Positions 26,425 to 35,961 of a DNA stretch of 64,000 nucleotides are shown here, in pieces (within the stretch, counting starts at the first letter, position 1; each line of letters starts with the position of its first letter). The translations under genes and the position numbers were made by a program. The stretch is from Bacteroidales bacterium (GTDB lineage Bacteria > Bacteroidota > Bacteroidia > Bacteroidales > VadinHA17), in contig DATKMR010000014.1 of NCBI GenBank assembly GCA_035541795.1, positions 214,029-278,028 on the forward strand. The letters are read 5' to 3'. The notes below the pieces were generated by a model. That model was not told the DNA's origin and searched no databases. It saw only the letters and a list, made by a program, of their open reading frames with translations.

Positions 26425-27477
26425 ATGTCACAAAAGATTAAGATTGCCACCTATAACTGCGAGAATCTTTTCAGCAGATCAAGGATTTTCAAGGAAGATG
26501 ATCCGAAAGCCAGAAAACTGTTAGAAGCAGTAGAAAAGCTTGAAGAGGAGCTTAAAAAGCCTGTTTTTGATCAGGCTGAAATCTCGAGCCTTAAAGCTCA
26601 GCTAAAAGGTTATGCAACCATTATTGATGTCCGTGAAAAGCATACTAAAAAGGGGACAGGATCCAAAAATTGGGTCGGATGGATTGAATTTGAAATGGAA
26701 CCTGCCGATACAAAATCTGTAAGAAACCTTGCAAAGGTGATTTCTGAAATCGATGCTGATATAATTTGTCTTATTGAGGTTGAAAACAGGACGCTGCTTC
26801 AAAGGTTCCATGATGAAATTCTCTACAGAGATTTTCTCAAGCCTATCGGGAAGCTGCCGTATAAGCATATAATGCTGATTGATGGTAATGATCCTCGTGG
26901 CATAGATGTAAGCCTGATGTCGAGACACCCTATCATGAATATGAAAAGCTATATTGATGATACTACTGATTACCTGGGGAAGACCGTAAAGACCTTTTCA
27001 AGAGACTGCCTTCATATTCAGTTAGATATTAAAGCTGTCAAGCCTCTCAATATTTTCATAAATCATTTGAAATCACAGGGTTATTCAGGAGGTCAGGATC
27101 CAGGGGGGGACATACGAAGGAAAGGTCAGGCAAAGCGTGTAGCCGAAATAATAAATGAATTGGATCTGAAAAATGATTATATAATTGTTGCCGGTGACAT
27201 GAACAGCGATCATTCCAGTGACTCGCTTGCCCCACTCATTATGAACGATGAACTTCATAACCTCAACCTTATGCTGCCTGAGAATGAACGTGGAACTTAT
27301 GGAACCGGCAAAGAGCAACTCGACTATCTGATTGTAACAGAACCCTTGAAAGCAAGATGCAGGAATCTTCAAATAAACAGAAGCGGCATTTATACGAAGC
27401 CTGGAGTTGGAGGGATAAGTAATATTACAGAAGCAGCATCCGATCACGCTGCAGTGGTGGCTGAGTTTGATTTCTAA
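26425..27477 (+). CDS. Endonuclease/exonuclease/phosphatase (EEP) superfamily hydrolase
   Basis: EEP catalytic motifs appear in order: IATYNCENLF, DIICLIEVEN, AGDMNSD and the C-terminal SDHAAV. ATG 26425 is preferred over TTG 26365. No signal peptide. Confidence 0.8.
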   Translation: MSQKIKIATYNCENLFSRSRIFKEDDPKARKLLEAVEKLEEELKKPVFDQAEISSLKAQLKGYATIIDVREKHTKKGTGSKNWVGWIEFEMEPADTKSVRNLAKVISEIDADIICLIEVENRTLLQRFHDEILYRDFLKPIGKLPYKHIMLIDGNDPRGIDVSLMSRHPIMNMKSYIDDTTDYLGKTVKTFSRDCLHIQLDIKAVKPLNIFINHLKSQGYSGGQDPGGDIRRKGQAKRVAEIINELDLKNDYIIVAGDMNSDHSSDSLAPLIMNDELHNLNLMLPENERGTYGTGKEQLDYLIVTEPLKARCRNLQINRSGIYTKPGVGGISNITEAASDHAAVVAEFDF

Positions 27478-27664
27478 ACCATTGTAAGTCAAATATATAA
27501 ATTACGTTATTATTTAATATATCTTATTTAAGAGGTTGAAGTATTAAATACAGGTTTTCAATCACACGCACGGGGTAGATTAATAGGACTTATCCTCAAT
27601 GGTCTTAAAATGGAACTCTCTTTTATAGTAAAAGTGTCTGAAATATAATTAAATACGAAATACC

Positions 27665-28660
27665 ATGACCGGACTTGGATTTCTTGATCTTGTGATTGGA
27701 CTGATCTTTATCTATCTGATCTTCAGTATAGCTTGTTCTACATTCTGGGAAATAATTATCAGTTTTTCAAATCTCCGAGGACGGATGCTGTCCAAGTGGA
27801 TTACGGACACATTCGGGAAGGGTGAGAACGACCTTGGCAAACGAATTGAAGATCACCAGCTGATAAGCGGATTAACGAAGAAGAATGGATTAAAACCTTC
27901 ATATATTTCTTCGAGTGTCTTCACAGATGTCCTCCTGGATCTGATCAACTTCGATGGGCATGAGTCTGCTACTTTGAGCTTTAATTCGGAAATATTACGA
28001 AGTAAGATAATAGCGTCTGACTTACTGAAAGGGAAAGACGATTTAAAGAGGATTTTACTCCAGTACCTTTCGGACACTAATGGCAAGATTGACCAGTTCA
28101 AGATAAAAATAGCAAGATGGTATGATGAAGCTCAGGAGAGACTGATTGGCTCATATAAGAAAAAACTTCAGTTGTGGATCTTTATAATTTCCATCGTACT
28201 GGTTGGTGCAACAAATACGGATACTTTCACCATCTGTTCTTATTTGTATAACAATGATACTGCACGGCAGGCAATTGCCAATAAAGCTTCATTATTTGTA
28301 CAGGATACATCTGTTGTCAGGTTGGTTTCGGCAATTGATACAATGAAGATTTCAGCCTCCGCTAAATTGAGTCAGGATGAATCTGTTAAGAAAATATCCA
28401 GGAACTTTGAGACTTTGAAGAATCTTGATAAAGAACTGAGGAAGGCCGATCTTCCTATAGGATGGAAAGATGTGAAGCTTGAAAACTTCTGGGATTACAT
28501 AAAGAAAATTGGAGGACTTCTCATAACCGCCCTGGCTGTATCGATGGGATCACCATTCTGGTTTGATTTACTCGGTAAGCTTGTTAATCTGAGAGCCGCC
28601 GGGAATAAGCCAAAGTCGGTACTTGATGAAAAAAAAGTGAAAAAGGAAAAAAATAGTTAA
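27665..28660 (+). CDS. Three-TM membrane protein of unknown function
   Basis: Hydrophobic segments lie at about aa 5-33, 168-186 and 283-303 (GGLLITALAVSMGSPFWFDLL). Long charged helical loops separate them, and the tail is Lys-rich. The patatin gene follows after 21 nt. Confidence 0.6.
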   Translation: MTGLGFLDLVIGLIFIYLIFSIACSTFWEIIISFSNLRGRMLSKWITDTFGKGENDLGKRIEDHQLISGLTKKNGLKPSYISSSVFTDVLLDLINFDGHESATLSFNSEILRSKIIASDLLKGKDDLKRILLQYLSDTNGKIDQFKIKIARWYDEAQERLIGSYKKKLQLWIFIISIVLVGATNTDTFTICSYLYNNDTARQAIANKASLFVQDTSVVRLVSAIDTMKISASAKLSQDESVKKISRNFETLKNLDKELRKADLPIGWKDVKLENFWDYIKKIGGLLITALAVSMGSPFWFDLLGKLVNLRAAGNKPKSVLDEKKVKKEKNS

Positions 28661-28681
28661 TCGCATTTTAACCACTATATA

Positions 28682-29686
28682 ATGGCAGCCAGAAATTTCA
28701 GGAACCTTGTTTTTGAAGGTGGTGGTGTGAAAGGAATCGCCTATGGGGGCGCCCTGGATGTTCTAAACGAAATGGGGATACTCAACAAGATTGAACGTGT
28801 CGGAGGTACATCCGCAGGAGCAATAAATGCGGCGCTTCTGGCGACAGGACATTCAACAACAGAGATTTCTGAAATTATTTCAAATACTGATTTTTCGGCT
28901 TTCGCTGATGGAGGGTCGATTTTTACAAAGATCCCCAGGTTGTTGAAGAGATACGGAATAAACAAAGGTGATGTATTCAGCAGGTTTATAAGGGACAAAA
29001 TAGGGGAAAAGACACAAAATCCTGATTTGACATTCAATCAACTAAGTAAACGAGTTGAGGAAGGTGAACCGGGTCTCAGAAATTTGTACATAATAACGAC
29101 AGACCTTACCAGGCAAAAACCTGTGATCTTCTCTCATGAAGGAAGTGAAAATTCTGATACACCTATTTGGCTTGCTGTAAGGATGTCTATGGGCATCCCC
29201 ATTTATTTCCAATCTGTCTTTTACAAGAATTCCGTACTCGTTGACGGGGGGGTATCCTACAACTATGCCGTGAACATTTTTGACAATAAAAAGTACCTTT
29301 CAAACCAGCAGAACGGGAAATATGATTTTTATCCCGATGATAAAATCAAGGTCTTCAATTATGAAACTCTCGGGTTCAGACTCGACAGCCGGCAGGTCAT
29401 TAAATACAGCCATGATAACTGGGCAATACCACCAGAAAAAATAGAGAACATAAAACAGTTTTCAGGGGCTCTTCTGAACTTTATGATGGAGATGGCAAAC
29501 AAGTCCCATTTGCTGCCGGAAGATTGGAACAGGACTGTTTTTATAGACACTCTTGATGTACGCACCACCGATTTTCATATTAACAGGGAAAGGATCAATG
29601 CCTTGATCCGGAGCGGAAGGAATTGCACAAAACTGTATTTTGACTGGAGGGAAAAAGAGCCAATATGGAATGTTTATCCTGAATAA
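28682..29686 (+). CDS. Patatin-like phospholipase
   Basis: Oxyanion motif GGGVKG, nucleophile elbow GTSAG and catalytic-Asp motif VDGG. No signal peptide. Confidence 0.9.
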   Translation: MAARNFRNLVFEGGGVKGIAYGGALDVLNEMGILNKIERVGGTSAGAINAALLATGHSTTEISEIISNTDFSAFADGGSIFTKIPRLLKRYGINKGDVFSRFIRDKIGEKTQNPDLTFNQLSKRVEEGEPGLRNLYIITTDLTRQKPVIFSHEGSENSDTPIWLAVRMSMGIPIYFQSVFYKNSVLVDGGVSYNYAVNIFDNKKYLSNQQNGKYDFYPDDKIKVFNYETLGFRLDSRQVIKYSHDNWAIPPEKIENIKQFSGALLNFMMEMANKSHLLPEDWNRTVFIDTLDVRTTDFHINRERINALIRSGRNCTKLYFDWREKEPIWNVYPE

Positions 29687-29783
29687 TAACCGAAACAGGT
29701 AAAGCAGGAGACTCTTTACAATTATTAGTTTTTATCATCCCATATATAGAAAATTTATTTCAAACCAATTAAAAAAGATTACA

Positions 29784-30164
29784 ATGCAAAAGGCATATTT
29801 TAACCCTGAAGGTGAGCCATTAAAGATGCAGGTTGTATATAAAAATGGCGTAATTGACGCGGTTTACAACATTACTCTTTCAGAGAAAGAAAGTAACAGT
29901 GTCGTTGAAGATTTCGACGGGAATAATTTAAATCCGGAAGATGATGTTTACGCTCTCCCGGGACCAGTAGTCGATAACGATGGAAGACTAATAATCCTGA
30001 CTAACAAGTTTTACGGCCTTGACCTGGAGAAGAGCAATAAATATGAAATAGCTCTCGAAATATTTCAGGGAGGAACTCTGATCAGCACCAACACTGATTC
30101 CGGGAGTATTACGGGTAATGCGCAAAATTCCCTCCTTATTACGAAACTACTTAAACAACCATAA
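29784..30164 (+). CDS. Hypothetical protein (beta-rich, no signal peptide)
   Basis: 126 aa ORF with no recognisable motif. Its stop lies 1 nt before the next start. Confidence 0.45.
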   Translation: MQKAYFNPEGEPLKMQVVYKNGVIDAVYNITLSEKESNSVVEDFDGNNLNPEDDVYALPGPVVDNDGRLIILTNKFYGLDLEKSNKYEIALEIFQGGTLISTNTDSGSITGNAQNSLLITKLLKQP

Positions 30165-30165
30165 T

Positions 30166-31266
30166 ATGAAAAGAAGCCTGATCCTGATTATTTTCATTCT
30201 GTCTTTTAAATGTCATGCTCAGACATCTCTCCAGGAGCCTGATAGCCTTCTCAGGAAATTCAAACTGGACTTCGCACTCCCAGATGTACCAGCATTTAAA
30301 TCGCTGGAAAACGAACCTAGCAAAATCCTTCGACCCTCAACTCCGGAGGCTTTTTCAGCTTTGGTTTCGGAGTTTTTCACTGGCAATGAACTGATACTTC
30401 CAAAGTCACTTGGCATCGAAGTATCTCCCTTGCTTATTGCAGGCTCTAACAAGCTGACATTAAATAGTTTCAAGAAACACCCGGTTCTTTATAGTACCAG
30501 GATATCATTCGGCTCTTACAGAAACTCAGACAGGATTTCCACAAGTTCGGTTGGCATAAGGCTTACCATTATTGACAAGGGTGACGCCAAAAACGACAAT
30601 AAATTTCTTGGTAACCTGACAAGTTTATTGAGTAACAGCTTAAAATCAGAGATCAAAATCAGGAATGAGTATCTGAAAGAAATGAAGTACACGTTCGAGC
30701 AATGGGCAACGGACACTGTGATTAAAGCAGAGGTTGATAGTGTAGTTAGCACCAGGTACACTAAACCTGGTGATCTTGACAAAAAGATCGAAAGGCTTAA
30801 GGAAGACTACAAGAAAGAGAATTGGAATTCTCAGAAATTGGATTTCGCTTTTGCTCTTACAGGTTACTCGAAGGATTCCCTTGTAAAGAGTCTGAAGTAC
30901 AAGTCGACGGCATTCTGGTTAACTTGGGCTTTACCGGTGAAGAAATTCGGACAGTTGCTTCTGGGAAGTCATGTGTTCACATATAAAGATTCAGCGGATA
31001 ATAAGTTCTATACTGATTTCTATTTAAACAGCCGCCTTTATGTAGGATCGAACCGGCTAAAAGGCTTCGCTGAGCTTCAATATGCCATGCAGCAAAAAGA
31101 TAATATCAAAAAAGTTTTATTTGATTTAGGCGCTGAGATAAACATAAGTAATGGTATCTGGCTGGATTTTTACTCGGGAGTAGATAAAAAACTGCCAAAT
31201 GAGAATCCGGTTCTTAGTACATCTTTCAGGCTGAGGTTTACATTACCGGAGAGTTTTAAATACTAA
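30166..31266 (+). CDS. Secreted protein, possibly outer-membrane beta-barrel-like, unknown function
   Basis: Signal peptide MKRSLILIIFILSFKCHAQ. The termini alternate hydrophobic and polar residues, the middle is charged and helical, and the C-terminus ends ...FRLRFTLPESFKY (aromatic terminal residue). Confidence 0.55.
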   Translation: MKRSLILIIFILSFKCHAQTSLQEPDSLLRKFKLDFALPDVPAFKSLENEPSKILRPSTPEAFSALVSEFFTGNELILPKSLGIEVSPLLIAGSNKLTLNSFKKHPVLYSTRISFGSYRNSDRISTSSVGIRLTIIDKGDAKNDNKFLGNLTSLLSNSLKSEIKIRNEYLKEMKYTFEQWATDTVIKAEVDSVVSTRYTKPGDLDKKIERLKEDYKKENWNSQKLDFAFALTGYSKDSLVKSLKYKSTAFWLTWALPVKKFGQLLLGSHVFTYKDSADNKFYTDFYLNSRLYVGSNRLKGFAELQYAMQQKDNIKKVLFDLGAEINISNGIWLDFYSGVDKKLPNENPVLSTSFRLRFTLPESFKY

Positions 31267-31331
31267 ATCTATCCGAACAAATGTCATTAAGGATGAAATT
31301 TCTAAAATGAAATTCTAAAAGTCAGATAAAT

Positions 31332-32252
31332 ATGATATTGCAGGTAGACGATATCCAGTCATTAAACGATTTTATCGAGCAAATAGGCTCAATTAGCAAA
31401 TACCTGGTTCAGGAATTCAGCGGAGAACTATATCACTATACAAATCTGGAGGCTTTAATTGGGATAGTTCAAAAACATGATCTCTGGCTTACGAACTCAA
31501 GATTTTCTAATGATGAAACTGAATTGAATCACGGTTATGAGATCGCCAGGGAAGTTATCAATAGGCACAAACAAACTAAGACATCTACTGAGATGGCACG
31601 ATATTATGGTCTCGTGGAGTCTCTGCTAAGGAACCCCCCGCAAGGTGTATATATCTGTTGTTTCTGTGAAAGGAATAATTTACTTAGTCAGTGGCGCAGC
31701 TATGGTGAAAATGGTACCGGTGTCAGTATCGGTTTCAATCCTACAGGATTTCAAAGATTCACAGGGCCAGATCTTTCTACGGAACAATACGGATTAATGC
31801 GTCTTTGGAAAGTGTATTACGATGATCAGGTTAAAGAAAAGATCGTTGCACAGGCTTTGGAATTGATTCCTGAGATGCACAAAGGAAAATCGATTGAGTT
31901 GCAGGCCCAAAAAGCAGCTGAAGCAATTCATTTCTTTCTACCAACATTTAAAAACAAGGATTTTGTTGATGAAGATGAACGCCGTTTGATCTTCACACCT
32001 TCAAAAAATTGCAGTGTTAAGCCTTTATACAGGTACAGGAGACAAATGCTAGTTCCTTATTTTAGTCTTAATTCGCTTGTAAATCAGAACAATCAAAACA
32101 ATCAGAACCCATGCAGATTACCAATAAAAAGTGTCATGGTGGGTCCGAGCGAAAGGAAACAGATTAATAAGGAAAGCATTGAATTACTGATGCACAATAA
32201 CAATTATGGAGATGCAGATATCGAAGTATCTGATACCCCATACCGGGGGTAA
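31332..32252 (+). CDS. DUF2971-like protein
   Basis: LYHYTNLEALIGIVQKHDLWLTNSRFSNDETE resembles the DUF2971 N-terminal signature as I remember it. It contains an NQNNQNNQN low-complexity stretch. Confidence 0.6.
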   Translation: MILQVDDIQSLNDFIEQIGSISKYLVQEFSGELYHYTNLEALIGIVQKHDLWLTNSRFSNDETELNHGYEIAREVINRHKQTKTSTEMARYYGLVESLLRNPPQGVYICCFCERNNLLSQWRSYGENGTGVSIGFNPTGFQRFTGPDLSTEQYGLMRLWKVYYDDQVKEKIVAQALELIPEMHKGKSIELQAQKAAEAIHFFLPTFKNKDFVDEDERRLIFTPSKNCSVKPLYRYRRQMLVPYFSLNSLVNQNNQNNQNPCRLPIKSVMVGPSERKQINKESIELLMHNNNYGDADIEVSDTPYRG

Positions 32253-32455
32253 AATAACTGCAATACTTTGCCCGGTGCTTTCCGACGTATTAAGCAACTT
32301 TGATTTATGATCCGTTTAATTATGGAAATATTTAGTAAATATTTTACTGAACTGAGAATGTCCTGATCATACTGATGTGTTTGGTTCTGAAATACCAAAT
32401 CGCGGATGAAGTGACAGGAATCAATTCCAGATAAAAGTGTCTTAAATCTCTTATA

Positions 32456-33781
32456 ATGTCTGATACGAACAAAAGAATAGTCGACCCCGTTATCATGGTA
32501 CCGGGAATCACTGCAACATATCTGCTGGATGAATATCCAGTTAGTCATGAACAGGTTTGGAATTTATTGAGCAATAAGTTTGAAAGGGTAGCACTGCATC
32601 CAAATAATCTCAGATATGAAGCCCAGGAGCCGGCTCGTATTAGACCAGGACAGATATTTGAGATAGCTTATAAAGAGTTAATAGAAGAACTAAGGTATAA
32701 CTTAAAAGATAAGGAGGACCTGCCGATACCAGTGTATCCGTTTGGATATGACTGGAGAAAACCTTTGGAGGCGATTGAGGCGGAACTTGATGAATTTATT
32801 CAGGAGGTTATTGAGCGCACAGTGCTATTGAGGCATTATCATGATGCAGGTTATTATGAATCTCCAAAGGTAAATCTCATCGGACATTCTATGGGGGGCC
32901 TTGTTATAACAGGATATCTTATCAACAAAGGGAAAGATGCCCCTGTAAACAAAGTAGTTACTTTAGCTACTCCATTTAAAGGATCATTTGAGTCAGTTTT
33001 AAAACTTGCTACTGGAAACGCTGAACTTGGAACATCCTCGAATAGTTCCAGAGAAAGGGAAACTGCCAGGGTAACTCCATCATTATATTATCTGATTCCA
33101 TCATTCATCAAAGGTATCAGTTATGCTCAGGGAATTCCTCAATCACTCTTTGATCCAGGGGCATGGCAACCTTCAATTACGCTGTCTATAGCTGAGTTTA
33201 TAAGACTCAAAGGACTACCGGGCGACAATATTCAGGAAAAAGCTGCAAGTATATTCAAAAGTCTTCTTGACCGTGCAAAAGAACATAGTGAGAGAATAGG
33301 ATCTTTTAAACTTGAAGATGCAGGTCTTGATGTGCATAGCTGGCTAGCAGTTATCGGCGTTAATGTCAAAACACGTGTTAAATTAAATATAGTAAAGACA
33401 AATGGCAGTGCTGATTTTGATATCAGACCTGGTGACCGTCTTGACAATTGGACCGAAACGGATAAAATTCAACAAAGACTGACCGGAGACGGGACAGTAC
33501 CCTTCGAAGGAGCCGTACCTCCATTTCTTAATGAAGAAAATCTGGTTTGCATTACCCCGGATGATTATGGATACTGGGAGCTGAAAGATAAAGCTCTTTC
33601 AGCTATTGGAGGATTTCATGGAATACTTCCTAATATGAACATGATCCATCGTCTCATAGTCAGGTTTCTAAAAGACCTGGACGATATAAGAGGAAATACC
33701 TGGGGTTCCAGGGCTCCAGGTGCAGAAAAATGGAACCCTCCTCTTAAACTGACTGAGTGGGAAATAGATCGTAAAAGGTAA
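32456..33781 (+). CDS. Alpha/beta-hydrolase lipase, LCAT-like
   Basis: VIMVPGITATYL, the YDWR motif (PFGYDWRKP) and the nucleophile elbow GHSMGG are arranged as in lecithin:cholesterol acyltransferase-type lipases. No signal peptide. Confidence 0.75.
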   Translation: MSDTNKRIVDPVIMVPGITATYLLDEYPVSHEQVWNLLSNKFERVALHPNNLRYEAQEPARIRPGQIFEIAYKELIEELRYNLKDKEDLPIPVYPFGYDWRKPLEAIEAELDEFIQEVIERTVLLRHYHDAGYYESPKVNLIGHSMGGLVITGYLINKGKDAPVNKVVTLATPFKGSFESVLKLATGNAELGTSSNSSRERETARVTPSLYYLIPSFIKGISYAQGIPQSLFDPGAWQPSITLSIAEFIRLKGLPGDNIQEKAASIFKSLLDRAKEHSERIGSFKLEDAGLDVHSWLAVIGVNVKTRVKLNIVKTNGSADFDIRPGDRLDNWTETDKIQQRLTGDGTVPFEGAVPPFLNEENLVCITPDDYGYWELKDKALSAIGGFHGILPNMNMIHRLIVRFLKDLDDIRGNTWGSRAPGAEKWNPPLKLTEWEIDRKR

Positions 33782-33914
33782 CTAAAGTCACTATGTATTA
33801 AGAGGTTAATCAATGGCATGGAAATGTTTTTATTTATGTTGTTAAAGGACTCAACTGAATTGGACATTAAATAAGTACTATGTAAATAATTGTGTTAAGG
33901 ATTTAAAACTTATT

Positions 33915-34727
33915 ATGGTCATGAAAGATTTTTTCAAGAAAATTGATGAGATATTGAACTATGCCGACTCAATAGTTCTGAGAAATGAAGCAAATGAGGT
34001 TTTTTTCAGGGGTGTTAACAGGCAATCTTATGGATTGTTACCCGGTTTAGCCAGGATTAAAGCAGATGGCCTTGATATTGTGGAGAACAGGATGTATTAT
34101 GATTTTGTTAATTATGGTGGCCACCTGACGCCGCAGAATAAGAATACCTGGGATATCCTTTTCCTGATGCAGCATCACGGTCTTCCGACCAGGCTTCTTG
34201 ACTGGACTGAGAGTCTGTTAACTGCACTGTACTTTGCTACCAAGGATACGGTTTTTACCGAAGATGCTGCAATTTGGGTACTGGATCCTTATGGGCTAAA
34301 TGAATTATATAGTGATAATGACAGCATTGACTACCTTGATGTTTCATACCCTGAAGGCTATTTCAGTTATTTTGTTGATGAAACATCTTCAGTGTACAGA
34401 AAATTTCCGAAGAGCATTATTGCAATAGGTGTCAATCCGCCTAATTCCAGGATAGTTGCTCAAAAGGGAGCATTTACATTCCATAATCCAAGAAGCATGC
34501 GCAAACCTCTTGAAGAATTTAAGGAACTTTCTAATAAGAATTACTTACAGAAATTTATAATTGAAAGATCTTTGTTCAATGATGCAAGAAAGTTCCTGAT
34601 GTACTCCAATATGAATGAATTTTCCATGTTTCCTGATTTGGATGGTTTGGCTAGGTATATAAACATGAATGAACGTTTTAATATTCAAGAGTATTATAAA
34701 CCTGTTCAAGAAAAAAAAAGTAAGTGA
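33915..34727 (+). CDS. FRG domain protein
   Basis: VFFRGVNRQSYGLLPGLAR and LMQHHGLPTRLLDWTESLLTALYFA match the FRG domain signature. Confidence 0.75.
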   Translation: MVMKDFFKKIDEILNYADSIVLRNEANEVFFRGVNRQSYGLLPGLARIKADGLDIVENRMYYDFVNYGGHLTPQNKNTWDILFLMQHHGLPTRLLDWTESLLTALYFATKDTVFTEDAAIWVLDPYGLNELYSDNDSIDYLDVSYPEGYFSYFVDETSSVYRKFPKSIIAIGVNPPNSRIVAQKGAFTFHNPRSMRKPLEEFKELSNKNYLQKFIIERSLFNDARKFLMYSNMNEFSMFPDLDGLARYINMNERFNIQEYYKPVQEKKSK

Positions 34728-34890
34728 TTAGTTTAGCTGAGCCAGAATAGTGGATTTAAATAAAAGGTTTGAATTTGTATCCGGATTATCCGATGACTTG
34801 TCACAAACTTTCAGAGCTACAGATCCAGGTATAGCTACAATATTCATCAGGTAACCCTTTATTCTTATGAGGCGTCAAAGTTTTAAAAAT

Positions 34891-35667
34891 CTATTTAGGA
34901 TACATCTTTCTGATATATAGCATGTCGCTGCGAGATAATTTATCATTTTCTTGCGTTCCAACACCGCTCATCAAAAGTTCCGCCGGGAAGGAGTAGAGCA
35001 TAATAGATTTGGGATCGAATTTTGTCGCATTTAGCTGATCCAGGGAATATTTCTGTATCACATTCTGATATGTATCATCCCTTGACCAGTTGTTGGGTGG
35101 ACCTGCAAAGAACTTGTAAACCGCCTCTTCATTCCATTTCAGCCCACCCTTCGGATTCTGATGTTCATGAATGCATCCGAGAGCATGGCCAAACTCATGC
35201 AGAACAACCCGGTTGTACTCCTCATCCGCAGTGTTGTCGGTAAGCCATCCAAAATTCATCGTGGGCTTGTTTTTCGGGATATTGATATTATCAGTTCCTA
35301 TATAGGACCAGGAACCGGGATCCGATTCAAAAGAAATACGGATGTCGGACCTGGCTTGAGCGGAATTGAAACTGAACCCAATGTTTGCATATTTCAGCCA
35401 CCCGGATGCATGAGCAATCGTTTTATTCCTCTGGATCTTGCTACCATCGAGAAAACAGATATTCAATACCCTCCCCGTTGACCACATTTTCCCCGTAATG
35501 AGCGCCATCTTCTGTGGACTGACAGACATACCTGGCAGCCTTGTCAGAACAGGCTTGTTCCTCTTGTCTTCATAAATTGCCCGGTTCATTGCTTCGATCT
35601 TATTATCTCCGGCAATTACCCTGTCAAAGCAAAAATGAATGTGCCTGGAATCAATTTTCATTTCCAT
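34891..35667 (-). CDS. Astacin-like (M12) zinc metalloprotease without a signal peptide
   Basis: Extended zinc motif HEFGHALGCIHEH and a Met-turn SIMLY. The N-terminus MEMKIDSRHIHFCFDR is not hydrophobic. Confidence 0.8.
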   Translation of the reverse strand: MEMKIDSRHIHFCFDRVIAGDNKIEAMNRAIYEDKRNKPVLTRLPGMSVSPQKMALITGKMWSTGRVLNICFLDGSKIQRNKTIAHASGWLKYANIGFSFNSAQARSDIRISFESDPGSWSYIGTDNINIPKNKPTMNFGWLTDNTADEEYNRVVLHEFGHALGCIHEHQNPKGGLKWNEEAVYKFFAGPPNNWSRDDTYQNVIQKYSLDQLNATKFDPKSIMLYSFPAELLMSGVGTQENDKLSRSDMLYIRKMYPK

Positions 35668-35961
35668 TTTTGAAAATTTAGAAAATTATAACAAAAAGTA
35701 TAAAAATCGGACTTTAGAAGGATTATGTATTGTCTCAACCAGCAAACTGAATCAAATTTACACTATAGTAAACTGAAAGTCAAGATAAAAAGGATAAAAA
35801 AAATGATTTCCATGCCTGATTTGACTATTTTATTAATATCTGATTATCATCTGACAGTCTGTGAGAAACCGGGGTTTTTGAAATGACCAGAGTTTTCTTT
35901 ACGGACTGACTAATCAGGAATAGAATTATCGGAGACCACCAGGAAAAACGAGATTTACCAG

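Noticed and set aside
32082-32108. Three imperfect 9-bp tandem repeats (AATCAGAAC AATCAAAAC AATCAGAAC) encoding NQNNQNNQN in the DUF2971-like gene
   Set aside because: They are in-frame, very short and imperfect. This is most likely a low-complexity linker rather than a phase-variation tract.
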